From: Picochlorum sp. SENEW3
Lineage: Eukaryota
Reading direction: 5' to 3'
DNA length: 64,000 bases
Assembly (NCBI GenBank): GCA_034226945.1
Contig: CP120459.1
Span: 186,001 to 250,000 of the forward strand
Position 1 is the stretch's first letter; each line of letters begins with the position of its first letter. Under the pieces are notes generated by a model that saw only the letters and a list, made by a program, of their open reading frames with translations, had not been told where the DNA came from and ran no database searches. A program made the position numbers and the translations under genes. Shown here one piece after another: positions 33,313 to 44,452 of the stretch.

Positions 33313-34437
33313 TTAATATCGCCTATCATACTGGTGATTAGACTGTCTTGGAGATCGACTCCTATCTCGTCGTCTGTCATCATGCCGTCTCCTATCATCA
33401 TACCGCCTGTCATCACCTCTATCATGCCTCCGTGACCGATCACCACCACCACCACCTCCTCCCCCACCAGGTTTAGGAGCACCACAGCGATTGCATACAT
33501 CTCGCCATCCAAAGCAATTGTTACCACACGCACACATCCAGTCACCTTCTCTTCGCCCTCCACCACCTCGCCCACCACCACGGCCACCTCCACGGCCACC
33601 ATATCCCCCCGAGGATGAATCCCCACCATACCCCCTCGGCTTTGGAGTCCCGCACCTATTACATGAGTCTTTACGTGCAAAGCAATTATTTCCACACTTT
33701 GGACACGCCCAATCCCCAGGACGCCCTCGTCCACCACCTCCTCCTCCTCCTCGATACTCATCTCGTCCACCATATCCACCTCGCCCTCTTCCATGATGAT
33801 CATGATACCCACCCTGATCACCACGCTCCTGCATCTTCTTCTCATATGCCGCAGCAGCCTCAGCTTTACGATTCGACATGCTCACTTTCAAAACCGCCCC
33901 TACAAACCAGAGAAAAAAGATGAGACTAGACACATGGCAACGGCACACACACGCTCATGGACAACCCACCTTTAAACTCCTTCCCATCAAACCATTTCGG
34001 AGCAGACATGGCAGCAAACGCATCCTCATACGTCACCGTCGCATCCCCATTAAACTCCCCCGTTTCTTTATTCTTATACAGCCACACTTTTGGCATCCCA
34101 CGCCTCTTTTTATCCTGTGGTTGCACAACAACAACAAATATAACCAGTCAACACCAGGATCTCATTTCAATCACATCATATCGTTGATAGAAACCCAAAA
34201 GTGTGACGATAGTACCGAAATAGCGCAAGAATTCTCGCGTCGTCCGAAAACCATGGCCTTCTCAAACCCCGTAAGGCTCTATGCTTCAGACATACGAATA
34301 CCATGTACCTGTTTAATAATCCCAATTTGTCCGAAATAGTCAGCAATATCCTGTTCGGTCGTATCCGTTGGTAGGCCTGAGATGAATACTTCGTCATTCT
34401 CGGGGTCCAACTGCGCCCCGACATCGCTTAGATCCAT
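33313..34437 (-). CDS. TAF15: FET-family (TAF15/FUS/EWS-like) RNA-binding protein: RRM + two RanBP2 zinc fingers + RGG
   Basis: VFISGLP...FGQIGIIKQ | [74 protein letters not shown]. Multi-exon. Confidence 0.85.
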
Positions 34438-34508
34438 GATTACACGACCTTGTACTCTGAACAAAAATACTAGTATAATTATGGAGTGTACAGCAGACAG
34501 GGGCGCTA

Positions 34509-36530
34509 TTATTCCATGCCCAGAGCATGCTTGGCATCTGGCAGTCGTGTCGATGGGCCCACCCATGCAACATGTCCATCTGGTCGGAGGAGAAGACCGA
34601 CATCTTCTGTATCAAATGCCTTGGTGAGGGGACGTATCAATGATGTCCATACAGAATGGCCAGAAGCATCGGCAAAGAGACGGCTTTTTGGCTCTGCAGA
34701 CTGCTGTTGAGATGAAGAAGGGGCCATCCTGACCATGGCCATGTCATCATGAGCATGCTGCTCCCACGCATCTGAGGATGCGTCATGGGGAATCATGAGA
34801 AGGAATCGCGACCCTGCTTCTCGTGGGAGATCTATGGATGACATTGTATGACTGTCGATGGCGGTGATGGGGAAATGGGGGAAGCGACATCCCGGAAGGC
34901 ACCTGGGGACGTATGGGGCATCCCTGGGGCTGGGTTGCAGTGCCTGTGTCATCAAGGGACGTATCTCGGGCTCCACCTTGACATACGCATTGGTTCCAGC
35001 GTAGATGAAACCCACATCTTCTTTTGGGTATTGTAATCTCAATGTTTGTCCCGATTCGAAAATTCGATCGAGCTCTCGTCGGCGTGCTGTCACGAGAGCT
35101 TGGCCCAACAACAGACCGGATGACACGGCAGCATCCAGCACCTGCCTTCTTACCGCGGCGGGGGCCCAGGCAGACCATGGCCCGTTTAGTAATGAATTCA
35201 TGGATTGCGCTGTTTCAAAATCCAAGCCTATTACTTTGGCGACGCGCAGTGCTTCATGGAAATTATCGACGCTGAGGTTCATATTGGCAAGAGCAATGGG
35301 TTTGCGCTCTGCCCCATAGGTATCCAACAAGGAATCTGGTGCCTTGTTCTGGACGACACGCGCCAGTTTCCATGCGAGATTGTGTGCATCTTGGATACCA
35401 GTATTCATACCAAATGCACCGGCAGGGGGTACAATGTGAGCAGCGTCACCAGCCAACAGAATTCGACCATGCCTATATCTGGTGGCCACTGCAGCACCCA
35501 TGGCCCAAGGTTTGGCATTATGAACAGTTAGATCCAGGGACGCATCTCCCGAGATTTGCCGAATAATATCCCTACAATGCTCTGCACTGAAATCTGTAGA
35601 GCTCTGAAGCGGAGGAAAGTAGGGAACTTGTGCCACGAATTCTCCCTTGCGTAGGTTGTGTGCCACCAAGACGACAATATTCCTTGTTCCAAATACAAAA
35701 TACAACATGCCCATTCTCTTGGCATCCATCAATCTCGACCCGAGCTCTGGAGAGGTAAAATATATATTAATCAAGTGTTGGAGCGTTCCGGGCCCATCCA
35801 TATCAATACCGAGCTGCTTGCGAATGTGGCTATGTGCCCCATCAGCAGCAACAAGGTATGATGCATGCTCCATCGTCACCTCACCAGTCTCTGTATTTCG
35901 AACCTCCACATCGACACCCATATTGCTCGTATCAGTACTTTTATTGCATGATACAACGTCACATCCCATGCGAAAATCGATCAAATCATGCTTCCACGCC
36001 CTCTCTGCCAACATGGGCACCACCTCATGTTGTGGAAGATGGGCCACAGGCTCTGCCGCAATACCCCCATAATCCCATCCCTCAACCGTCTCTCCAGGCG
36101 CACATTGATCCTTGAAATGATCAACGACGCCCAAGAGAGACGAACGCGCTCCACCCAACAACGACGTGCAATACACAAACGACCTCCACTGATCCATGGG
36201 TGGCATGGCATGACACACCTCCTCTGCCATACCAGACATGCCTCTAAATATCTCCATCGTCCTATGATTAATACAGTGCGCCTTTGGATGCTGAGGTAAT
36301 TCTTTTTGCCTCTCTAATACAACAGAGCGCACACCATACTCTGCCAACAGCAAGGCCGTCGACAAGCCCGTCGGACCACCACCACACACCATCACCGGGG
36401 CATGGTCCGTATTACTCCCACTGTAGGTCCTCCTGGCACACCATACCATATCTACCAGCATATCATTATGTTTTTTCACAACATATTTCATCATATATTG
36501 CTGCCGACGGCAGGCACGCATCATCATCAT
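34509..36530 (-). CDS. FAD-dependent aromatic monooxygenase (PheA/TfdB, FAD_binding_3 family)
   Basis: GGGPTGL, AADGAHS, LAGDAAHIVPPAGAFGMNTGIQDAHNLAWKL, LLRPDGHVAW; intronless. Confidence 0.9.
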   Translation of the reverse strand: MMMMRACRRQQYMMKYVVKKHNDMLVDMVWCARRTYSGSNTDHAPVMVCGGGPTGLSTALLLAEYGVRSVVLERQKELPQHPKAHCINHRTMEIFRGMSGMAEEVCHAMPPMDQWRSFVYCTSLLGGARSSLLGVVDHFKDQCAPGETVEGWDYGGIAAEPVAHLPQHEVVPMLAERAWKHDLIDFRMGCDVVSCNKSTDTSNMGVDVEVRNTETGEVTMEHASYLVAADGAHSHIRKQLGIDMDGPGTLQHLINIYFTSPELGSRLMDAKRMGMLYFVFGTRNIVVLVAHNLRKGEFVAQVPYFPPLQSSTDFSAEHCRDIIRQISGDASLDLTVHNAKPWAMGAAVATRYRHGRILLAGDAAHIVPPAGAFGMNTGIQDAHNLAWKLARVVQNKAPDSLLDTYGAERKPIALANMNLSVDNFHEALRVAKVIGLDFETAQSMNSLLNGPWSAWAPAAVRRQVLDAAVSSGLLLGQALVTARRRELDRIFESGQTLRLQYPKEDVGFIYAGTNAYVKVEPEIRPLMTQALQPSPRDAPYVPRCLPGCRFPHFPITAIDSHTMSSIDLPREAGSRFLLMIPHDASSDAWEQHAHDDMAMVRMAPSSSQQQSAEPKSRLFADASGHSVWTSLIRPLTKAFDTEDVGLLLRPDGHVAWVGPSTRLPDAKHALGME

Positions 36531-36600
36531 TATTATCTTCTTCTATGTCTTCTTCGTTCTCGTCACACACAAGAGAGAGACACACAAGAGAAAGATGCAA

Positions 36601-36996
36601 TCAATTTAGAGACAGCATGGTCAACAGCGTGGACAATTCCTCTTCATTCTGAGACCCTCCATGCTCAATCCTCGCCTCTAACAACTCCTTCACTTTGTTC
36701 AAAACCTGAAGCTTGTGCCTCGCATACGCAGAACTCTTGGGCAACACCCGCACCCGCTCAATCTGCTTGACCACCTCGTTCAAACGTTCCCTGTCCGTCA
36801 ATCCCTCGTCAATCACCCGACGCAATCCACTCTTTTCCTCCTCTTTCACACAATTTCTATTTAAATTCTTCGAGTATTCAAACTTTAAAGGGCTCTTCCG
36901 TGCCACAGACTTTTTTGATACCCGTCGAGTCGCTCGTCGAATAAATGCTTTCGTTTTGGAATTCTCAGTGGTACATGGCAATGGACTCTCCTCCAT
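36601..36996 (-). CDS. Hypothetical small basic protein
   Basis: 131-aa ORF with helical C-terminus (VLPKSSAYARHKLQVLNKVKELL); fills the space upstream of the monooxygenase. Confidence 0.6.
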   Translation of the reverse strand: MEESPLPCTTENSKTKAFIRRATRRVSKKSVARKSPLKFEYSKNLNRNCVKEEEKSGLRRVIDEGLTDRERLNEVVKQIERVRVLPKSSAYARHKLQVLNKVKELLEARIEHGGSQNEEELSTLLTMLSLN

Positions 36997-37371
36997 TCGC
37001 CTTCCTTCGTTGCTTATCTGGTATTTCTAATGATTCTGATTATCGCATTATCGTATGAGGAGTGTTTTTTTTTTCACCACCACCAACAATCTTGTAGCAT
37101 GCGTGACCAGGTGTCATCCAAGTCCTTGATTAGAAATTAGAAATGCCAATATTGAGTGAGTGATGATCCCCTCGAGGCAAAATCTGGGCATGCTGAGAGA
37201 TACATAGATCTGCCGTCGTACAGCACGAATCGATACAAACTATATTTAAGATTTAATAGACCCATCCGATTGGCTGTATAGATAGATTGATCGATTGATA
37301 TACCAGATAAGCGGGTGTAACTGTTTTCTTTGTTTGCAACGTTTTTCAAGTACCTGTATTGTTATACCAGT

Positions 37372-39531
37372 ATGGCTGCTGGAGTTGATAAGAAACAGCA
37401 GCAATTGCTTAAAGCAGTTATGGCTATTCAGAAGGATGCGTCTTTGACCGAGGATGAGAAGGCAAAGATGCGGCAAGATTTGTTGGCGGGGAAGTGGTCC
37501 TGCAAGGATAATGATGCGACAAAGACGGGTACGGATATTGTATTTCATTTTTCTATGCATTAATATGTATCTGAATGCGAATGCTGATCTGGGAATGCAG
37601 GGACGAGGACACGACGAGGGAAGGGTCAAGGAGGTGCTGCACCTGACGGTGCGGGACAAGGAGAGGGGGTGACGACAAGGAGGAGACGGGAGAGTATGGG
37701 GGAGAAGAAGAATCAGAAGGATGGGCAGCATACGAGCAGCAGTAGTGGAGGGAAGGATGTGACGAGTGGTGGGAACTCTTCCTCTGCGGTGGAAGAGGGG
37801 CTTACGTGTGCTATTTGCTATGATTTGTGTGTCAAGCCTGTGACGGCGCCGTGTCAGCATAATTTCTGTTTAAAATGTTTTTCGGATATGAATATGAGGT
37901 CGAACAAGCATACGTGTCCATCTTGTCGGCAGGTGTTTGGGAGAAAGTTTGCAGAGAATCCACGGATTAATACTGCATTGACTATTGCTATTCGAGCGTT
38001 GAGGGCCGGGAAGCCAAAGTCATCCGTTGCTCCCGGTCAAATAGCTCAAATAATGAGGAATGATGATAGGCCTGATGAAGCGTTTACGACAGAGAGGGCA
38101 CAGAGGACTGGTAGAGCAAATGCAGCAAGTGGGCGCATCATGGTGCAGGTGCCGAATGATCACTTTGGTCCTATTCCTCCAGAAGCAGATCCGCGTGGCA
38201 CAGGTGTGCAGGTGGGAGAGTGGTGGAAAGATCGATTAGATTGTAGGCAATGGGGGGCGCATTTTCCCCATGTAGCTGGGATTGCTGGCCAGTCTGGGGT
38301 GGGAGCACAGTCTGTTGTCTTGTCTGGTGGGTATGAAGATGATATGGATGAGGGCGATTGGTTTGTGTATACTGGAAGTGGAGGTAGAGATTTGTCAGGA
38401 AATAAGCGAACGAGTAAGGTTCAGTCCTTTGACCAAACATTTGATTCTATGAACCTTGCATTGAAATTGAGCTGCGAGAAGGGCCTTCCTGTGAGGGTGG
38501 TGAGGTCTCACAAGGAGAAGAGGTCGGCGTATGCTCCCCCAAGTGAGACTCCAGTGCGATATGATGGTATCTATCGCATCGCCAAGTGCTGGAGGAAGGA
38601 AGGAAATCAAGGGTTTTTAATGTGTAGATACTTGTTTGTGAGATGTGATAATGCCCCTGCACCATGGTCGTCAGATGAGTCTGGCGATGGGCCATGGACG
38701 TTGGAATCTCTGTCAAGTAAAGCTTCCCAAAAGGCGTTGGCAGAGATTAAAAAGGCAAAGGGAAAAGTGTTTGAGATGAGCGCAGAGCCATATTGGGACT
38801 GGGATGATGAATCTGAGGAATGGAGATGGGCGAAAACGCCACCAGAGAGCCTTAAATTGAAGGGAGGTTCTGGTACGATGAGTGCTAAAAAGCGAGCGAG
38901 CGAGCATGAGCGGGCGCTGAGAGAAATGGTGTGTGGGCTGTGTAAACAAGTCATGGTGCAACCAGTGACCACTCCATGCGATCATTCATTCTGCAAGCCG
39001 TGTTTGAACAAGCAGTTTGGACATCAGGCGTTTGAAGTAGATCCAAAAAAGACATCTGGGAGGTCGCTCCGAATCAGAACGACCATCATGGAGTGTCCCT
39101 CAAGGCATTGCACGTATAATATTGCAGAGTTTTTACGCAACGCTCGGGTGAATAGAGATATGGAAGCCCTGATTGAGCATCTAAAGAAGGAGGTTTCTGA
39201 AGCAAAACAGCAAAAAGAGAATGATACCGAATGTGTCAATAGAGACGATGAATGCAGTGCGCCAGGCCATCTTCCAGAGGCATGGGAACTCTCTTTGAAT
39301 GCTCAAAAGCAGAGGGAAAAGCAAGAGATTGATGATTTGTTCACCGAGTTTGAAGAATTTGATAATGACCTGATTCAACAATTGCTGGATCAAGAAGAAA
39401 ATGATGTGAAAGCTGTGCGAACTGGTCTTCAAAAAATGCGTGATAATTCAAAGACAAGGAAGAAGCAAAAGGGGGAGACTGTGCCTGCCCCTTCGCAGAG
39501 GCGAAGCAAGAGAGCAAAATCAACCGCGTGA
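37372..39531 (+). CDS. VIM1: ORTHRUS/VIM (UHRF1-like) RING-SRA-RING E3 ligase
   Basis: Exon 1 37372-37528, intron 37529-37600. RING CAICYDLCVKPVTAPCQHNFCLKC, SRA (GAHFPHVAGIAGQ, SVVLSGGYEDD, YTGSGGRDLSGNKR, RYDGIY), second RING CGLCKQ...PCDHSFCKPC. Confidence 0.9.
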
Positions 39532-39554
39532 TACATTACATCATTATGGATTTG

Positions 39555-40330
39555 TTATTTTTTATTATCATTCGTTCGACGAGCAGCTTCCTCCCGCCCT
39601 TCTCGTCGCAACGCCTGTAACAGCCCATCCTGACTAATTCGCTGCAGCCACGGAGCAATCTGCTTATACTGCTCTGGGTCGAAATTCATCACCGACGGCT
39701 TCGCACCAGCTTTCCCATGCAATTCACTCCAAAGTATCATTTTATCATACGCACGTGCCGCTGATTCCTCGCTATCAAAACAGCCCAACGACGTTGGTTT
39801 GCCATTCTTCCGAAACTGAGCCTCCCATCTCTTTGTAGACACAGTTCTATGGACTCCTCGAAATCGAGACGTAAACGGCCTCTTGCTCGTCGATTTCGTC
39901 TTCCCAAGCCGTGGGCTCTCCAACCCTGGCTCCACCTTCCGAGGACTGAGGGATTCAATCGGACGCAGTTTTGCAAATACCGAGTGTGCCGTGACACTCT
40001 CACGACGAGACTTTTCGCTCTCCCACGTATCCCATGAAGGAACCTCATGCCGATGCTCTTGTATCCTATTTTGAACGTCTTGAATTTTCATTTGACTGAC
40101 TAATGGGTTCTCAGAGCGAACATACGCGAGTGGAAGTGCAAAAATGTCCTTTTCCAGACATTTTTGCAACCTATCCTCTAAGAAATTCTGCATCATCTCA
40201 ATCAAGGACGTGATTTTTATAAAACAATGAAAACAACAATATCAAGCAAACGTACGTGGATATCTACTGTTGGGTGCTGGTTTTCTTCGGCTTTTGACGA
40301 TACTGACAGGTTCGAGCCTGCCACGTCCAT
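39555..40330 (-). CDS. AP2/ERF-domain transcription factor
   Basis: SRFRGVHR...RWEAQF...LGCFDSEESAARAYD...NF; probable short first exon from ATG 40330 (MDVAGSNLS...). Confidence 0.85.
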
Positions 40331-40425
40331 CTGGACTAAATATGCGAGAAATCTATGTATAACAAATATATGGATACCATCAACGAATATAAAAATCAAC
40401 ACGAACGGGTTTGTTATCAACGAGC

Positions 40426-41376
40426 TCACACAGATGAAGCCACGGCATTCCTGGCTGCATCACGCTTGACATCCCCAGCTGAATGTCCTGCTCCTCTGAA
40501 TGCCCAGTATACCTTTTTCAATGTCCAGAACGACCAGAGGAATTCAGCACTCCACAAACCACCCCCAATGTAATACAGAACTGCAAGGGCAGAACTTTCC
40601 TGGGACACTTCTTGAGCTCCAACCCAGAATCCAACATGGCTCCACGAGTTGATAATGGGAGGAGCAATGGCACTCCATGCTGTGAAAATCAGGTGTGCTG
40701 AAGTGAAAAAGAGGAAGAATAAACCGTATCCAAACGCAGAATCCTTCATCATGGCTCTATACAGCCTTCCATACCACAAGAACCATGCTCCTGGAACACC
40801 TCCAACAACATACAGGCTTCCCCACAAAAATGCTGCGATACTTCCGTCTGTAATCCAAGCTCCACAGCACCCAATAAAGTTCCACACCAAGCACACAAGA
40901 AGTCCCAAGTACGCAAAATATGCTGTCCGCATTGTCCATTGCAGGTTCTCAGGGATATCCTCCTTGATGTTATGGTGCACAATAGAGCACCATATCGGCC
41001 AATTCTTTCTCCTTGCCGCACCCGGATTATTTCTCAACTCTGTTTCAAGTCTCTTGAGTTCTGCCTCTTTGCGATTCAACGCAGCCTCTCTCTTGTCCAA
41101 ATCCTTCTCTCTTGCACTGCTACTTGATGCCTTGTTGTTCATGGAGGATGATCCAATCACGCCCATGGACGTCGGTATTGTTGTTGGAGCTACCATTGGG
41201 GTATCTTCAGCGGCAACAGCATTGTTGTATGTCGTCTGTGGAGGAGAAGAGCCCCAGGCTCCAGACGAGTTCCCTGCTCCTGCCCAACCTCCACCAGTTG
41301 GTCTAGACGTGTCCTCGGTGACAGAGCTACCCACAGCAAAAGGATTATCATTGAATGGATTATCTGATGATGCCAT
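40426..41376 (-). CDS. SCAMP: Secretory carrier-associated membrane protein
   Basis: N-terminal NPF motifs, coiled coil, KNWP, four TM segments, E-peptide-like WYGRLYRAMMKDS. Confidence 0.92.
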   Translation of the reverse strand: MASSDNPFNDNPFAVGSSVTEDTSRPTGGGWAGAGNSSGAWGSSPPQTTYNNAVAAEDTPMVAPTTIPTSMGVIGSSSMNNKASSSSAREKDLDKREAALNRKEAELKRLETELRNNPGAARRKNWPIWCSIVHHNIKEDIPENLQWTMRTAYFAYLGLLVCLVWNFIGCCGAWITDGSIAAFLWGSLYVVGGVPGAWFLWYGRLYRAMMKDSAFGYGLFFLFFTSAHLIFTAWSAIAPPIINSWSHVGFWVGAQEVSQESSALAVLYYIGGGLWSAEFLWSFWTLKKVYWAFRGAGHSAGDVKRDAARNAVASSV

Positions 41377-41940
41377 TGTGAAATCGAATAGGGTCGACCT
41401 ATGTGGCGAGGTTGATCTGACGATGCGTCGTTGGTTCAGAGACAGACGCCTATTCCAATACTATCCACCTACGTCTTCCTTTGTCCTTATTAATGGGAAA
41501 TAAGGAAGAAAATAGCGATTCTTAATGCCAAGCATGGGCCTTGGTGTGATTAGTTTTCCAGACACGCGGAGTATCTTAAAGTATCAAAGTAAGGAGAGTC
41601 GAGTCAGATAATCTGCTCATCTTGTCGTTGAATTTGGCCATCATACCTCACACATAACTCTGAATTTCATTGAAATTGCTTTCCGTGTTGATTCGTGTGT
41701 TCAATTCGCGGTCATAGTGGTCATTGACAGGAGCGTTGACCGGAGCCACATTTTTCAGGTTGATGTCTTCCTTGCAACCCTGATTCACGACGCTTGTGGT
41801 GCGCACATGTCCCGTAATCCTGTAATATTCCTCAACAGATACACTTCATGGGGTTTTTATACATTCTGTAGGGGATATTTGAGCGTGAGGACGGCAACAT
41901 CTCTCGCCCGTTGTTGGTTTGAAAAGCAGGGCGTGCTCTT

Positions 41941-44448
41941 GTGCTTGCGGCGATCGTCTTATTTGGTTATATGGTTGATTATTTATTACAGCATAATTTA
42001 GAAATGGTTTCCTATGGGTGCGAAGACGCATCGTGGTGTGATAAATACCGTCTGTCGTTGGGTGGTTGTGGCAGCGAGGAGGGGGGGCTGACAGTGTTTG
42101 ACTTTTCTGAGATTGAGAATGTACCAGAAGAGGATTGGATCCACGCGCAGCATAGTGAGAGGCAAGAGATTAGCGAGCGAGATGACCATCTCATCAAAGC
42201 TGAACGTGCGGGGTACGAGAAGGGGCATGAGGTTCATAGGAGGATGCCAGTGATCAGGCTGCAGAGTGGATATGATATGCCAAAGATAGGTCTGGGCACG
42301 TGGAAGGCAGAGCGAGGTGAGGTTCGAAATGCAGTTCATAGTGCATTGAAATGCGGGTATAGGCATATAGATTGTGCGAGCGTGTATCAGAATGAGGATG
42401 AAGTGGGTGATGCCATCCACTATGTCACCTCTCGCATGTTGGTGGACAGGAAAGACCTCTTCATCTGCTCCAAGGTATGGAACACGGATCACTCCGCCAA
42501 GAGGGTGCGTGAGGCGTGCATGGCATCCCTGCGAGCACTCAAGGTGGACTACCTGGATCTCTACCTCATCCACTGGCCTGTGACGGGCAATGTGGGTGAC
42601 ACGGTGCAGCCACCCATCAGGGAGACGTGGGAAGCGATGGAGTCGCTGGTGAGGGATGGGCTTGTTCGTTCAATCGGCGTATCGAATTTCTCGTCCAAAA
42701 AGCTCCATGACATTCTGTCGTACTGCACCGTGAAGCCGTCAGTGTGCCAGGTGGAGGTGCACCCATACCACAGGAATGATGAGCTGCTTTCGTGGTGTCG
42801 CGATCACGGCATCCACGTGACGGCCTTCTCGCCTTTGGGATCTCCCGACAGCGAGTCCATCTTCCCTCGCAAGGTGCCTGCGGTGTTGATGCAGGACCCA
42901 CGCGTGAAGCGAGTTGCAGAGCACACTAGCAAGAATGTGGGGCAGGTGTTGATCCGTTGGGCCTTGCAGCACGGCACCTCGGTGATCCCCAAGTCGACCA
43001 ATCCGTCTCGTATCTCGGGAAATCTGGACGTATTGGACTGGGAGCTCCCTCCGTGGGAGTACAACCTGTTGTCTGGCATGGCATTCCAGATGCGCATGGT
43101 GAATGGGGGCATGTGGTTGAACCCCAAGGGACCATATAGAACCATGAAGGACTTGTGGGACGAGGAGGAGTCTAAAGAAGAAGAAGACGTACTTGCAGGA
43201 TTCTCTTCTGAAGATTTGTATTTCCCATCCACTGACACAAAGTCTGACTTTAAAGTGGTCAATGTGCCTTGTACAAAACTCTCAAGTGGTTACGAAATAC
43301 CTCTAGTTGGTATAGGAACGTGGAAAGCTGAAAAAGGTGAGGTGAGAGACGCTGTATATAGTGCATTGAAATGCGGGTATAGGCATATAGATTGTGCGAG
43401 CGTGTATCAGAATGAGGATGAAGTGGGTGATGCCATCCACTATGTCACCTCTCGCATGTTGGTGGACAGGAAAGACCTCTTCATCTGCTCCAAGGTATGG
43501 AACACGGATCACTCCGCCAAGAGGGTGCGTGAGGCGTGCATGGCATCCCTGCGAGCACTCAAGGTGGACTACCTGGATCTCTACCTCATCCACTGGCCTG
43601 TGACGGGCAATGTGGGTGACACGGTGCAGCCACCCATCAGGGAGACGTGGGAAGCGATGGAGTCGCTGGTGAGGGATGGGCTTGTTCGTTCAATCGGCGT
43701 ATCGAATTTCTCGTCCAAAAAGCTCCATGACATTCTGTCGTACTGCACCGTGAAGCCGTCAGTGTGCCAGGTGGAGGTGCACCCATACCACAGGAATGAT
43801 GAGCTGCTTTCGTGGTGTCGCGATCACGGCATCCACGTGACGGCCTTCTCGCCTTTGGGATCTCCCGACAGCGAGTCCATCTTCCCTCGCAAGGTGCCTG
43901 CGGTGTTGATGCAGGACCCACGCGTGAAGCGAGTTGCAGAGCACACTAGCAAGAATGTGGGGCAGGTGTTGATCCGTTGGGCCTTGCAGCACGGCACCTC
44001 GGTGATCCCCAAGTCGACCAATCCGTCTCGTATCTCGGGAAATCTGGACGTATTGGACTGGGAGCTCCCTCCGTGGGAGTACAACCTGTTGTCTGGCATG
44101 GCATTCCAGATGCGCATGGTGAATGGGGGCATGTGGTTGAACCCCAAGGGACCATATAGAACCATGAAGGACTTGTGGGACCAGGAAGACGCATACATCA
44201 TGACAGAAGAAGAATATCAACAAGATTTAGAGAACGCATTACAGGAACAAAAAATCAGCCATCCCATCCCACTAGAGTCATCAGAGAGCAGTGAAAGCTC
44301 CATGCAGGACAGCGACGAAGATTACCAGAGTGCAAAAGGAAGCGCTCCAAACTCGGCAACTAGCTCTCCAATGCCATCTAAATCTCAGAGTGTTGGAAGA
44401 GACATAAACTGGGGCGCCAAGCTTGGAAACTGGTTCTCTAAAAAGTAA
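41941..44448 (+). CDS. Aldo-keto reductase with two tandem AKR domains (5' end uncertain, probably upstream exons)
   Basis: Twice: G(L/I)GTWKA, GYRHIDCASVY, SKVWN, YLDLYLIHWP, IGVSNFS, QVEVHPY, VIPKS; catalytic D/Y/K/H present in both. Confidence 0.9.
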   Translation: MLAAIVLFGYMVDYLLQHNLEMVSYGCEDASWCDKYRLSLGGCGSEEGGLTVFDFSEIENVPEEDWIHAQHSERQEISERDDHLIKAERAGYEKGHEVHRRMPVIRLQSGYDMPKIGLGTWKAERGEVRNAVHSALKCGYRHIDCASVYQNEDEVGDAIHYVTSRMLVDRKDLFICSKVWNTDHSAKRVREACMASLRALKVDYLDLYLIHWPVTGNVGDTVQPPIRETWEAMESLVRDGLVRSIGVSNFSSKKLHDILSYCTVKPSVCQVEVHPYHRNDELLSWCRDHGIHVTAFSPLGSPDSESIFPRKVPAVLMQDPRVKRVAEHTSKNVGQVLIRWALQHGTSVIPKSTNPSRISGNLDVLDWELPPWEYNLLSGMAFQMRMVNGGMWLNPKGPYRTMKDLWDEEESKEEEDVLAGFSSEDLYFPSTDTKSDFKVVNVPCTKLSSGYEIPLVGIGTWKAEKGEVRDAVYSALKCGYRHIDCASVYQNEDEVGDAIHYVTSRMLVDRKDLFICSKVWNTDHSAKRVREACMASLRALKVDYLDLYLIHWPVTGNVGDTVQPPIRETWEAMESLVRDGLVRSIGVSNFSSKKLHDILSYCTVKPSVCQVEVHPYHRNDELLSWCRDHGIHVTAFSPLGSPDSESIFPRKVPAVLMQDPRVKRVAEHTSKNVGQVLIRWALQHGTSVIPKSTNPSRISGNLDVLDWELPPWEYNLLSGMAFQMRMVNGGMWLNPKGPYRTMKDLWDQEDAYIMTEEEYQQDLENALQEQKISHPIPLESSESSESSMQDSDEDYQSAKGSAPNSATSSPMPSKSQSVGRDINWGAKLGNWFSKK
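42338..44181 (+). repeat. 824-bp exact direct repeat (42338-43161 = 43358-44181), period 1020 bp
   Basis: Line-by-line comparison shows identity; shadow ORFs in the track recur identically 1020 bp apart. Confidence 0.95.
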
Positions 44449-44452
44449 ACAC

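Noticed and set aside
40649..41503. 284-aa plus-strand ORF (likewise 46523-47320 minus and 20318-21428 minus)
   Set aside because: Antisense shadows of SCAMP, RPE and the DUF629-like gene.
42338..44181. Long direct repeat as LTRs of a retroelement
   Set aside because: Both copies are in-frame AKR coding sequence, with no TG..CA ends, PBS or gag/pol between them.
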